Assembly: GCF_030684315.1 (NCBI RefSeq)
Contig: NC_081368.1
Span: 57,241,734 to 57,305,733 of the forward strand
Length of the DNA stretch: 64,000 nt
DNA from: Stegostoma tigrinum
Lineage: Eukaryota
Reading direction: 5' to 3'
A program made the translations under genes and the position numbers. Every line of letters starts with the position of its first letter. Position 1 is the stretch's first letter. A model generated the notes under the pieces. It worked only from the letters and a program-made list of their open reading frames with translations, was not told where the DNA came from and did not search any database. Of the stretch, positions 12,876-25,120 are shown piece by piece.

Positions 12876-14283
12876 GACTGATAAGCAAATGGCTGGCTTG
12901 GGTTTGTCCTGCTTTTATTGCGTACAGGACATATTTGGACAATTTCACACATTGTTCAGTAGATGCTGTACTCTAACAGCTTAGCGAGTGGCTAGAACTT
13001 CTTCTAGCACACAAGTTTTAATCATTATTGCTGAAATATTGTCCAGACACATTGCCTTTCAGTGTCCAGTTCTACCCATTTGCCCATTTCTTAGCATCAC
13101 ATGAAGTGAATTGAATTAGTTAAAGGCTGGTATGTGATGTTGGAGGACCATTAGAGGGAATCGAAATAAATAATCCACTCATTCTGGCTGAAGGTAAATG
13201 TAAACCCTTTAACCTTGTCCTTTGCACTAATATGTAAGGCTTCTCCATTTTTGAAGATTAGGGTGTTTGTGGACCCTCCTTCACCTGTCCGTTATTTAAT
13301 TGTCTACCAATGTTTATAACTAAATGTGGTAGAATAGTAGACCTTAGATCCGAACAGTTGGTTGTGAGATCATTTAGCCCCATGAATTGCATGCTGCTTC
13401 TATTGTTCAGCATCTAAGTAATCCTGAGTTGTAGCTCTGTCAGATTTCTAAGATCATGGAGATCTTTTTTACCTATGCCTAGTTGCTCCCAGCATGACCT
13501 TCTGCATTCTTCATTGAACCAGGGTTGACCTTCTGGCTTGATGGGAATAATTGAGTGAGAAATATGCCAGGTCTTGAGACTACACATTGTGGCTGAATAC
13601 AATTGTTTCCCGGTGTCCCACAGTACTTTGTTAATGCACAAGTCACTAGATCCAACTAAGTTTGGTCCCATTTAACACACGGGTAGTGTCACACAATATA
13701 ACATAGTTTATGCTCAATGTGAGGGTGGGACTTCATCTCCACAAGCACTGTGGGGTGGTCACTTCTGCTCGTATAATTATGGTCAGATGTATTGTTGAAG
13801 TTGAGATCAAGTAGATTTCTCCATGTTGCTTGTTCCCACATGGTCTGTTGCAGAGCCTGTCTTGCAGCTATTTCTTGGGAGTTGATAAGCTTAGTTGACA
13901 GTGATGTTAGTGTGCCACTCTTGGTGATGGATGATGATGCTCCACAGCTAGAGCATTTGCTCCCTTGTCAGTCTCAATGCATTCTACAAGTAGCGTGCAC
14001 TATAAAGGAAGACTGATTATCAGCTGAGTGTGAGGGGAGCAGTACATAATAATCAGTAGTTTTCATTGACAATGTCTGATCTGATATCATGAGACTTCAT
14101 GGGGTCTGGAGTCACTTTTGGAAGACTCTCAAAGCAACTCCTCCCTGACCATAACATAGCTAAAGGAATCATTGTAGTATGCAACAATAGACCGTTAGTA
14201 AATGTCATGGAGGAATTAAATAATGTATTGAGAAAGACCTGCAAAAATGAATGAAGGAAACAGATAAGAACAAATTGTGATCA

Positions 14284-14411
14284 GAGATAATGGGAACTGC
14301 AGATGCTGGAGAATCTGAGATAACAAAGTGTGGAGCTGGATGAACACAACAGGCCAAGCAGCATCTTAGGAGCACAAAAGCTGACGTTTCGGGCCTAGAC
14401 CCATCATCAGA
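14284..14411 (-). mobile_element. Solo Penelope pLTR fragment with tail and hammerhead-like core
   Basis: Near-identical to 30597-30724. Flanked by the duplicated 'cagataagaacaaat' (14261-14275 / 14408-14422). Confidence 0.9.
14383..14410 (-). ncRNA. Minimal hammerhead ribozyme-like motif (PLE type)
   Basis: Reverse complement is CTGATGA-T-GGGTCTAGGCCC-GAAAC-GTC. Confidence 0.6.
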
Positions 14412-14955
14412 TAAGAACAAATCGATATCACTGTATATGGGCGAGGAGGTAAATAGCAAAAATACAGGCTTAAAAAGGAATCATAATGGTTACCGAGTCA
14501 AATGGCTTCAGCAAAACATGGCTTCTAACAGTTTTTCTAGTTTAGTTATGAGGAAATTGGAACCAATCAGGATTTCTAAGTAACAGAAAATATTTGTATG
14601 ACAAATCCATACTAGACACAAAGCTTTTATACCAAAGCTCTGTGCACAACCTTTACGGTTTTATATTAAAAATGTTTGAGATGGTAATTGATTTGTGCAG
14701 CTAACGTTTGATTCAAGTATAATTTATCACTACATGTTTTGCAACATGTAAGACGACCACAGATAGATATGACCTTTACTTACAGGGATGGCTTTTTGAA
14801 AACACATCATTTCAAGCTGTTTCCCCATTTGACAACTCAAGTCTCCTTAAACAAACTAAAATAGAGACAGTCAATTGTGTTACATTTTTGGTGATTGATA
14901 CATAGTTAAAAAGTTTAGACACTAATTGGTTGTTCCTTATTTTTTTCTCTTTCAG

Positions 14956-14984
14956 CAGCTAATCAATTCCTCTGCAGGAAGCAG
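14956..14984 (+). other. Candidate host-gene microexon (29 nt; 26 nt via the NAGNAG acceptor)
   Basis: Branch point-like 'actaat' at 14921-14926, AG-free pyrimidine tract 'ttccttatttttttctctttcag', tandem acceptor CAGCAG and donor CAG|GTGAGC, in apparently unique sequence. Confidence 0.5.
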
Positions 14985-15104
14985 GTGAGCCATTAAATGT
15001 GAATAGCTGACTACGATAAAGCCTATTTAATTTCCTTTATTACAGTGGCAAAAATCATTCAGTAACAGCTTGTTTTTATATTATTAGATTAACTTAGTTA
15101 AACA

Positions 15105-15480
15105 TGTCAAAATGCTTTGAGGGAGCATTACTAGGTACAATTTGACATTGAGTGCTTAAGGAAATGTTGGAATAACTGACCTAAAACTTGGTCAGAAACA
15201 TATGTTTAAAGAATGTCTCAAAGACTGTTGAATTTAGGGGAGGGTTTACAGAGTATGCTTTATAGCTTGGGACCTCGGCAGCTGAAGACACTGGAGCTAG
15301 AACTGAAAAATTGCAGATTTCTAAGAGGTTACGGGGATAGTGCAGGACAGAATATTGGAGGACTTGAATCAAAAGCACATCATATTGCTAGAATTGGAGC
15401 CAATGTCTGTTAGCGAGTAAAGATATGCTAGGTGATTGGAATCAAGTGTAACTCAGAACACAATTTGACAATCTGAAATA
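15105..15480 (-). mobile_element. L2-like LINE 3' region, old
   Basis: 'caaaatgcttt...aatttgacattgag...aaaacttggtcaga...ggcagctgaagac' resembles 24745-25120 and the shark L2-type 3' end as recalled. Confidence 0.55.
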
Positions 15481-15794
15481 CAGATTGGTAGAACAAGCTT
15501 AGGTCTTTTCTTTGTACCTTCTTCAATCTAAGACTTGTATTGGATTTGTTTTTTTCCTTTCAGCCAACAGATATTCATTATCCTGTCATCCACGCCTCTT
15601 GTGGTCGCATCATTCGTTTCTTTACTTTCACTATTCCCACTCCCATTGGCTCTGCTCACTAACCGTTTCATTTCTAACCATCTTCCATCTCCTGATTCAT
15701 TACAGGCCTTCCATTTCGATCTTTTTCCATTCTGTTCCACATGTTCTACTTATCTGTTCTGAAACTAATAGTTGGAAATGAACCAGGGTTTTGA

Positions 15795-16300
15795 ATATAC
15801 AAACAAGGAACAACAATTGGCCACTCAGCCCTTTGACTCAGCTCCACCATTCAATAAGACCATGGCTGATTTGATTTTAACCTCAACTCTACATTCCTGT
15901 GTATCCTCAATAGTCTTCCATTCCCTTGGTAGTCAAGAATCTATCTGCTTCTGCTTTAAAACTATTTAAAGATTTTGCATTCACTGCCTTTTGAAGAAAG
16001 AAACTCCAAAGACACACAGCCGTCTGAGAGGGAAAAAAAAATGCTTCTTCATCTCTGTTTTAAATAGTGACCCCTTGTTTTAAATTATGATCCCTAGTTA
16101 TGGATTCTCACACCAGAGGAAACACACTTTCAGCACCCGCCAGGTTAAACCCCAGTTAAGTCATCTCTGACTCTCCCAAATGCTAAAGGACACGGACCTA
16201 GCCTGCCTAGTCTTTCCTGAAAAGGTGATCCACTTATTCCAGGTATTAGATGAGTAAACTTTCTCTAAACTGCTTCCAATACATTAACATCCTCCTGTAA
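15795..16300 (-). mobile_element. CR1 LINE 3' end
   Basis: Reverse CR1 3' UTR 'ggccactcagccctttgactcagctccaccattcaataagaccatggctgat' followed by ORF2 C-terminal remnants. Confidence 0.85.
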
Positions 16301-16301
16301 G

Positions 16302-16507
16302 GAGTCAAAGCAGTCAACGCAAAAACGTTGTATAATTTGAAGAAAGAGTTGAATTCAGTATTTGGGGCAAAAGGGATCAAACAATGTGGGGGAGAAGGAA
16401 TTGGCTACTGAGCTCAATGATCAGCCATTATCATAATGAATGGTGGATCAGGCCCAAATGGCCGAATGGCCTATTCCTGCTCCTATTTTCAATGTTGCTA
16501 TGTTTCA
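16302..16507 (+). mobile_element. CR1 LINE 3' UTR fragment
   Basis: 'ggccgaatggcctattcctgctcctattttcaatgttgctatgtttc'; similar to 1140-1332. Confidence 0.85.
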
Positions 16508-16582
16508 TCTTTCAGTGGTTAGCCATTTCTGTTTCTCCAATTGCAAAACATCCTGTTTCTGACGGTAAGTTACCTTGGGATC

Positions 16583-16678
16583 TCAGGGAGGGCCACCGGA
16601 CCGGAAACATTAACTCTGTTTTCTCCTTCAAAGATGTTGCCAGACCTGCTGAGCTTTTCCAGCAACTTTATTTTTGTT
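16583..16678 (+). mobile_element. Penelope pLTR-derived fragment (older subfamily)
   Basis: 'gaaacattaactctgttttctccttcaaagatgttgccagacctgctgagcttttccagcaac'; closely matches the reverse complement of 45726-45815. Confidence 0.75.
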
Positions 16679-16889
16679 CCAGAAGCGAGGTAATCCAGCT
16701 CAACAGACTCCAGAGTTTAAAAAGCAGGTGGGAAAACACAACAGCGCTTCATCGGAGCTTGCACTGCTGATGTTACCCAGCAGGATAATGAAACATATGC
16801 AGAACAACACGAACCAGCTCAGTGAACCAACCAGCTTCAATCAAAGCTCTAATTAGGGAAAGGCAAATGTAGCCAAAATAAGATATTAC

Positions 16890-18692
16890 TTAAAGGGAAA
16901 TCAGTAGGGCATAAAGGGGATATGAGATAGCTTTGGCAAATATGATTAAGAGAACCCAAAGGGATACCACAAATACATTAAGGGCAAAAGAGTAACTAGG
17001 GAGGGAATAGTGCCCCTTAAAGATCAACCGGGCCATCTACGTGTGGAACCTCAAGAGATGGGTCTAATACAAAAAGAAAATATGCATCGATATTTACTAT
17101 GGAGAAGGACAAGGAAGGTAGGCCAATTGTGGAAATAAATAGTGATGTCTTAAAGTGCCCTTACCTCAGAAGAGGAGGTGCTGAAGGTCTTAAAATGCAT
17201 AAAGGTAGATGAATCCCCAGGGCTTGATTAAGTGTATACCAGAACTTTGTGGAATGCTAGGGTAGAGATTACCAGGGTCCTTGTTGAGATATTTGTTAAA
17301 TCGACAGCCACAGGTGAGGTGCCAGAAGATTGGAAGTTGCCTAATGTGGTGCCGCTTTTTAAGAAAGACTGTAAGGAAAAGCCAGGGAACTTGAAACCGG
17401 TGAGCCTGATGTGAGTGGTCGGTAAATTGCTGGAGGGGATTCTGAGCGACAGAATTTACATGCATGCAGAAAGGCAAGAGGTGATTAGGGTTAGTCAACA
17501 TGGTTTTTTGTGCCTTATCAACTTGATTGAATTTTTGGAAGATGTGACAAAGAAGATTGATGAAAGCAGGGTGGTAGATATTTTCTAAATGGACTTCAGC
17601 GAGGCGTTTGATGAGTTTCTTCATGGTAGACTTTTAAGTAAGGTTAGATCACTTGGAATTCAGGGGAAGTTAGCCAATTGGATTCAAAATTAGCTTGAAC
17701 ATAGAAGACAGGGGGGCACTCCAAGAATTAGTGCTGGGCCCACTGCTTTTTATCATCGATATAAATGATTTGGATGTGAATACAGGAGGCATGGTTAGCA
17801 AGTTTGCAGATGACACCAAAATTGGTGCTGTAGTGGACAGTAAAGTAAGTTATCTCAGATTACAATGGGACCTTGATCAGATGGGTCAATGAGGCTAACG
17901 GGTGGTGGATGGTGTTTAATTTAGATAAATGTGCATTGCTTCATTTTGGTAAGGCAAACAGAGGCAGGTTTTACACAGTAAATGGTTGGGCTCTGGGGAG
18001 TGTTGTCAAGCAGAAAGCTCTCAGGGTCTTGGTGCAAAGCTGCTTGAAAGTAGAGTGGCAGGTAGACAGGGTGATGCAGAAGGCATTTGGTATGCTTGCC
18101 TTCATTGGTCAGCATATTAAGTAGAGGAGTTGGGATGTCATGATGCAGTTGTACAGGGAATTGGTTAGGCCACTTTTGGAATACTGAACTCAATTCTGAT
18201 TTCCCTACCACAGGAAAGATGTTGTTAAACTTGAAAGAGTTCAGAAAATATTTAAAAGGATGTTTCCAGAATTAGAGATTTGAGTTGTAGAGACAGGCTG
18301 AATCAGCTGGGGTGTTTTGCTTGGGCTATCGGAGGCTGAGGGGTAACCTAATAGAGATTTATAAAATCATGAGGGCATGGATAGAGTGAATAGCCAAAGT
18401 CTTTGTTCCCGAGGGTAGGGGAGTCCAAAGCTAGAGAGTATACTTTAAGGTGAGAGGGAAAGGATTTAAAAGGGGCCCGAGAGGCTGCTTTTTCACACAG
18501 AGGATGGTGAATGCATAAAATGAGCTCCCAGAGGAAGTGGTGGAGGTAGGCGCAGTTACGACATTTAAATGGCACCCGGATGGCTACACGTATAGGAATG
18601 TTTTCGAGAGTAAAGGGCCAAATGCTTGCAAATGGTGTCATGGACAAGTTGGATCAAAGGGTCTGTTTCTGTGTTGTATATCTCTATGACTC
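16890..18692 (+). mobile_element. CR1 (HER1-like) LINE ORF2 RT region to 3' end, with internal deletions
   Basis: TGEVPEDWKLPNVVPLFKK, VLGPLLFIIDINDLD, SKFADDTKIG (catalytic FADD) and KAFGMLAFI; tail 'ctctatgactct'. Confidence 0.95.
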
Positions 18693-18879
18693 TTTAGCTC
18701 AAGTAAACTGTTTGCAGCTACTTGAGGATAAAACTGTGTCAGAGAATCCATATGGAAATAGCAAGAGTACATGGCAAACATGTTCTTGTAAAGAGAAGGG
18801 ACTTGACGGTCAGAATTAAGAAAAAAAAGATGTGGCAAATACCAAAAGCTCAATATGGTAGAATTTGTGCAGGATCATA

Positions 18880-20125
18880 AAAAAAATGTAGGGGAATCTT
18901 GAAAGTACAATTAGGAAAGCTAAAAGGAAACATTGAGTAGGAAAAAAGAAAGCCTGAGTTTTCTAAAAAAAATGTATTTGAAGAGCAAAAGAATAATTTG
19001 GGAAAGACCCATGAAGGAGCATAGGCATGGGCACAGCCCTCAACAAGTATGAAATGTCTGTCTTCACAATGGAAGGAGTGGACCCAGGTTATCAGGGTAG
19101 AGATTTGCTCATTATTAGAAAAAATTAACTAAAATTAGGAGGCTGTACTAGTGGGGTTAGAAGTCTTAAAAAGTGGATAAATTTGTAAATCCAGATAAGA
19201 TCTAACCCAGGCTGTTGGAGGTGGAAAGTGAAAAGGTGCCAAGAGGCATAGCTGTAATTTTCAAGTTCTCTCTGGCCACAGGTGAGGTGCCTGGATGATT
19301 GGAGATGACAAGAGGCTGTTATCTTTGTCCCATGATTAAAAATGTGAGGATAGACCAGGGAATTACAGTCACTCAGTCTAACCTTGGTGGTGGAGAATTT
19401 ATTAGAAAGAATTCTGAAGAACACATGCACCTGCATTTGGACAGATGTATTAAGTGGGAGTGATCAGCATGGATTTGCTAAGGGAAGGTTGTGTTTGATA
19501 AATTTCATCAAGTCATTTGAGGATGCAACCAGCTGGGTTGGTAAAGGGAATGGATTTCATGCGGTCTACACGGGCTTTAGCAGGGCTTTCTATGAAGTCC
19601 CACATGGCAGATTAATTAAGAAAGTCACACTGGAAGTATTCTATGATCCATGATCTAAAACAACAGCTCATGGGATCCAAGGCAAAGTGGTATGTCGGAT
19701 CCAAATTTTGCTGAGAGGTAGGAAGCAGAAAGGGATAATAGAGGGGTATATCTGTGACCTGAACTCTGCTCCAATGTGGTTCTGCATGGCACGGCACCAG
19801 AGCCCTTACTGTTTGTGGTGTGCATTCATGATTTGGACCTAAGTGTAGGAGATGTCATTACAAAGTTTGTACATCTATCAAAAGTCACAGGGTAATAAAC
19901 AGGAGGATAAATGTAGATTGCAGGACGATATCCACAGACTGGTAAGATGAGGAGAATAGTGGCAAATAGCATTCAACAGAGGAAAAGTATGAAGTAATGA
20001 ACTTGAAAGGGCTAACAAGGCGAGGGTTTACATGACGAGTGATAAGACCCGGAAAGTACGAGAAATCAGAGGGGCCTGCATATTTGCAGACCTTTGAAAG
20101 TAGCGGGGCAGGAAGATAATTATGA
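18880..20125 (+). mobile_element. Older CR1 LINE RT fragment
   Basis: DQHGFAKGRLCLINFIKSFED...VYTGFSRAFYEVPHGRLI. Confidence 0.88.
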
Positions 20126-21889
20126 CACCAAGAAGTTAAATCTATTACATACATCAGTTGGATCCTATCTTGTCAGATACACAAAGCTATGCAGATGCAA
20201 ACTTAAAAGTCTCAGCACACACTGGCAATTTCAGTTTCAATTTTCATACCTGATACGCACACGGAGAATTATATAAAACAGAACAAAGCCACTTGACCCA
20301 TCATTCCAATGTTGCTGCTTTCAAAAATGTAAGTGATTGATTTAATTTCTTTGTGTTCTTTTCCTATAGCTCTCATATTGACCTTTATTTAAAGTTACAC
20401 AAAACTTATTTATTTCAATCATGGAAGATGTCATCAGTGTGAAGCATTGGACTTGCTTCTGTTATCAAAAGTGGTTATTCCTTTGAAATGTAGATATGAA
20501 AGCTAATCAAACAAAAGGTCATTGTAATGCAATTAATTCATTCTCTGTCACTAATTGAAAATATCACAGAAAGAAACCTTAACAAAGCAATTATATCGAC
20601 ATTCAAAATCTTGAAAGACCTGCCAGAGACAACTGTAAAATATCAGGAGTTTAAATTAAATGTTTGTTCCAATTATTCGAACAGAAAAGGAATGTGTTTT
20701 GAATTATTCAAGTAATGGATCAACAGTTGATCAGGTCTTTACTTTCTTGGACTTTTCTTCCATAAGCCCTTGCTTTCTGCTTCTTCATCAGTTCTAAAAA
20801 TGTTTCCTAAGTGTCAATGGACATATCCTTGCATGACAAAGATTCATCATGTGCCGTGAGCCTTCCTTTACCTGTCATAATTTCTTGGCAGATAATGAAC
20901 ATTGGGGAACAACTGAATATCCCTTCATTCATTCCATTATATATGTTTGCACAGGAATAAAACCAACTACAACACAAAAACAGCAAGAAATAAATTTAGT
21001 GCAGAAATTTGCCAAAAGTTGCCTAAGTGCCAATTTCAGAGATTTCTATGCATGTAATTTCAGATTACTCTCTGTTGCTCACCTAATTAAGTATACATTA
21101 CTCTTCCATTGCAACATCCTGGCCTTACATTGAACTCACCAAACTCCCATCAAAGTCTGTTGTCCGCTGCTGTCAATATTACATGCAACATCTTCCTTCA
21201 ATGGCTTATTCTATGGCCAAAAACCACTAAACTCTCCTTCTCACTGTGCTGATGTATAAATTTGGAGCTGGTCCCTGAGTGCTAAATGATCTCATAGTAG
21301 TATTTCAATGTAAGATGTTAGTGAACTCCACACTGTGATAAGGAAGTGTTGAAACATTAAGACTGTGCATCAAATGTGCTCTGATGGTGTAGTGAAGCGG
21401 GTGCTTTTCGAATAGGAATCTCCATGGTCAGAGGGTGCACACAGTACATGTTGATGGAGCAGACCTTGAGATATTGGGGAATGATGGTCAAGGTGGATAC
21501 ACAGAGAAGACACCAGCAAACTTTTGGTATCCACTCAGATTTTTAATGGCAGGAATCATTGTGATTTCGTCTCTCGTTGACATGTAAGTGAGATAAGATT
21601 AGGTAATAATGAGATATAAATACATGCAAAAGGGCCTCTCAACTATCACGAATCTGATTCTTATCTTCCATTAAACTTTGGGTGAAAAATTGGACTTTGT
21701 TTTTTGGGCTTCAATAACCTCATTTTCCTGATCTCAACATGTTTAACCAACTAACTCACCACCGTGCACATCATTCAGGGGCTGGGAAGATACCATGCAT
21801 TTTTCTTCACCTGTGAAGGACAGAAGGGAAGAGGAAACAATGTCTTGTGCAATGAATCACAAAGGTCCTTCTCAACATTGCTCCTTTCG

Positions 21890-21993
21890 TGAGGCGTGAT
21901 GACCCTCAGGTTATACTACCACCAGTTCATTTCTCTCGAATGAGACAGCACCCCTATGGTCTTTTGGGGCTGTAGAAACTTCACCTTTACCTT
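21890..21993 (+). mobile_element. SINE/LINE 3'-end fragment
   Basis: 'cctcaggttatactaccaccag...gagacagcacccctatggtc...cacctttacctt' resembles a common shark repeat terminus (recognition from memory only). Confidence 0.4.
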
Positions 21994-22374
21994 ACAAATT
22001 CAGGGGGGATGAAGGGTCCAAGGAAATTTATCAATTGTAAGAAATTAAACAATTATCTTTGTTGATAAAGTTGGTTTATTGAATGTATTGGTAAAATTAA
22101 TTATCAACCAATTGTGAGGTAAAGCATCATCAGAATGCACTTAGCATAATTAACTACAGACTGGGTCTTAAAACAAAATGTCCCTACTTTTGGATGTATT
22201 CACTGACACATGCATCTCAAAGTAAATGAAAGCAGAACTATCCTGAGTTAATCAGCTGCAGTACATTGAACTCCACATTTAAAATTTTGAGGAAAGATAT
22301 TAAGGGTCTGAAGTTAAAAAAAAACTAAACTTTTATAATGATTGATTAATAATATTTTATGGCCATATAGAGAC

Positions 22375-22576
22375 TGTAATGAGGCCAGCCGGGTGGTTCT
22401 CATAGAATATGAGTTCCCTGACTGGGGCTGTTAATTTGTTCCAATCAGGGAACCCTGGCTGACACAAAAGGGACTCCAGTGCCTGACTCTGTAGCAGGCT
22501 GTACTATTAAAGACTGTGCAGCCTGTAAACAAAAGGTGATTGGAAACGGGATACCAACCTTTGCAAAATTCTTTCA
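22375..22576 (+). mobile_element. Solo LTR (Gypsy-type), shortened
   Basis: TG...CA termini (tgtaat...tttca), internal inverted 'ccctgactgg/ccaatcaggg' with CCAAT, and a degenerate polyA-like 'aacaaa'. TSD not preserved. Confidence 0.6.
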
Positions 22577-23637
22577 GGTAAGAATTAATCCTGGATTAGA
22601 TTATTGTAATGGTTGCAATATTATAGAGAATGGAATAATCAAGATAGTCGATTCACCCTGAAATAAATATTGAATAAAAACTTCATCTAGAAAGATACAC
22701 AGTAGTAAATCTACCACTAAATAAATGTTCAGTCATAACTCTAGTTAAAAATAAGTGTGAAGCATCCAAATTAAAAATGCATTCAGAATTTGCAAACCGT
22801 TATTACGCTAAGATTAAACTCATAATCAAAGTTTAAATTGTTGTTTACTTTATCTTCTCTAGCAATTTAATTATTTTGGTTTGCCAGTTGATCCATGGAT
22901 TATTATTTTCACTTACAAAAGCTTGTAAAATTTAGGATGTATATTTAAAATATTCCATGCCCTATAATATTGGAAAATTACTTAAATATTGTGTAAAAAA
23001 TTAAGTAAAATGTAAGTATGATTTAGTTGTACACCAGCTTAAATATTCATTTCAAGTGCCTCAAAGAACACATTTCTGAAAAAGTCAGTGTTCAGAACAA
23101 TTAAAAAACAGCCTGCTACCCAGATTTAATAATCATCATTTCTTCCACACAACATCAAATGATTTGTTTTTGAGCACACTGGATGATTTTACCAAGTGCT
23201 AAACCATATCCACCACTTATACCACAATCATTTCACATAGAAACTCAAATTAACTTCAGCAAACCAGTGGAAAAGCAAAATGCCTCTTCTTATATTGATC
23301 CAGGCAGTTTAAAGATACAGTTTATTGAGGACTTCAGTGGAAAAGAGTAAAAGGAAGAGGAACTTAATCAAATACTTCTGCTTCAAGAAAATCTCACTAA
23401 ATTGATCCTGCAAAGCCAAAGAACTCAGAAAATGTTACTTTCTTGTGTTATTTTGGCTTCCGTTAACAAATTATATCCTCATCGTCAAACACACAGCCTG
23501 TTTCAGTTTACTTTGACTTTTGGTCAAAATCCTCCATGTACCTAATCAATCGTTCATACCTTCAGACTACATTTTCATTGTAAGACAGACAATAAACAAT
23601 AAGAGAATAAGTGGCAATAACACATCCTATATAAACC

Positions 23638-23937
23638 AAAAGCAAGATAGATACATGCTGGAGATCTATGAGAAAAGCAGAAAGTGCTGGATAAGCTCAG
23701 CAGTATAAGAGGAGAGAGGAACAGAGTTAACTTTTCAAGTCAAATATGAATTCTTCAGAATTGAAGAGAGAGGTGGAAAAATTATGAGTTTAATACTGTG
23801 GCAAAAGGTGGGGAAGAGCATGTCAAACTGAAAGGAAGCTCAGGCAAAGGGGAGAGTATAGGACTATCATTTTTACACCTTCACTCATTCTGAAGGAATG
23901 TCATAGCAGAAAAAACCTGAACTCTTTTTCTCTCTTT
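23638..23937. mobile_element. Old Penelope pLTR-derived element, inverted pair
   Basis: 'cagaaagtgctggataagctcagcag...gagttaacttttcaagtcaaatatgaattcttcagaa' with a degenerate inverted partner 'ttctgaaggaatgtcatagcagaaaaaacctgaactc'. Confidence 0.6.
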
Positions 23938-24744
23938 GGAAATATGCAATTCAATGCTCAAAGGATTTGATAAACTTAGCAATCTGTGTAAAGAAAATGC
24001 AGTATGCCATTCCTGTAGTAGACAACAATTGACATTCTGAAACAGCTCATTTTCTCACACTGTATAGATGCTACCTAGCCTGACTACATATATAAGTCAA
24101 AATCTTCCAGAAAAACATCCTGAAATGAACAAGACAGATTGATGACTGATGTCAAATAACGGACCAGGGACAAAGAAGAATTAAATAACTATCTGCTAAA
24201 TTTAAAGACACTGTCAATCAAGTGAGATTTGAACAATTTCCACAAGTTGCCTGTCTGCACTTAAAATGAACAGGCACATTGTACGCATGAAGCGTCATAC
24301 TCAATATTGAAATTTTCATATGCTTTCTCTAGTTGCATTATCAATCTTTGAAGAAGAATGCTTTGCTGCTGTGGAAATTGCTTTCCAGTGAAAATTAGTC
24401 TTCAAGCACTGTCAGAATAAAATTGCTTCACATATAGAAATATCCCAAACACAATTTGGCATCTCAGCACTTAATATTGGGTACATCATTGAAACTATTT
24501 GCCAATTACTGTTGTCTACAAACTTTTTAACTTAAAAGCAGCATCAACATCTACATTAGTACTGGGATATTAATCTGTCCCCTTAGCTGGAACTCATCAA
24601 AAAAAATTAGAAACAATGAAACAAGATTAGTTGTTATTTTATCAGCTGTTGAGAAATAATAAGAGCAGTTCAGTTTCTAGCACTGTTTGTCAGTCTAGGA
24701 GCCTCCAGGTCAAGGTAGAGTTTCAATAGTAATATTTTGTTTCA

Positions 24745-25120
24745 TATACTGCCTTTAATTCGAAAAGATGTCCTAAGCTGCTTAACAGGTGCAGTGTCAT
24801 GCCAAATTTGAAATTAATGATTTAAGTTTTAAGAAGTCTCCTAAAGGAGTAAAGGGAGGTACAGAGGTGCTCTGAGGATATTCTGGAGCTTTCAACCAAG
24901 GCAACTAATAACAATGCCATCAATGTTGGAGCGATTAAACTTGGGGAGGCAAGGATTGACGAAGTGCAGTTATCTCAAGAGATGGGGAGGTAATAGACAC
25001 AGGAAGTACTGATTCCAAGGAAGAACTTGAAAAAAAAAGCATGAGAATCTTAAAACGAAAGGATTGCTCGCCTAGAGCCGATGGAAATTATCAAATACAA
25101 GGGAGATTGTTGGATGAGTG
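24745..25120 (-). mobile_element. L2-like LINE 3' region, old
   Basis: Related to 15105-15480 ('tttaagaagtctcctaaaggag...aggcaactaataacaatgccatcaatg'). Confidence 0.5.

Larger units (their letters stand above)
11050..14160 (-). mobile_element. Decayed CR1/L2-group LINE (APE endonuclease, RT and 3' UTR) carrying two nested inserts
   Basis: Minus-strand remnants: DSRPHEVS and HHQEW (endonuclease) and IKPEGQPWFNEECRRSCWEQ (post-EN). Its 3' UTR is related to those at 56158 and 56440. Confidence 0.8.

Noticed and set aside
12509-12976. 155-aa ORF and three overlapping ORFs
   Set aside because: They run through the HE1 SINE and are typical spurious SINE translations.
22570-22585. Strong donor-like CAG|GTAAGA
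   Set aside because: Created by the LTR terminal CA abutting flanking DNA; no convincing acceptor or ORF upstream.
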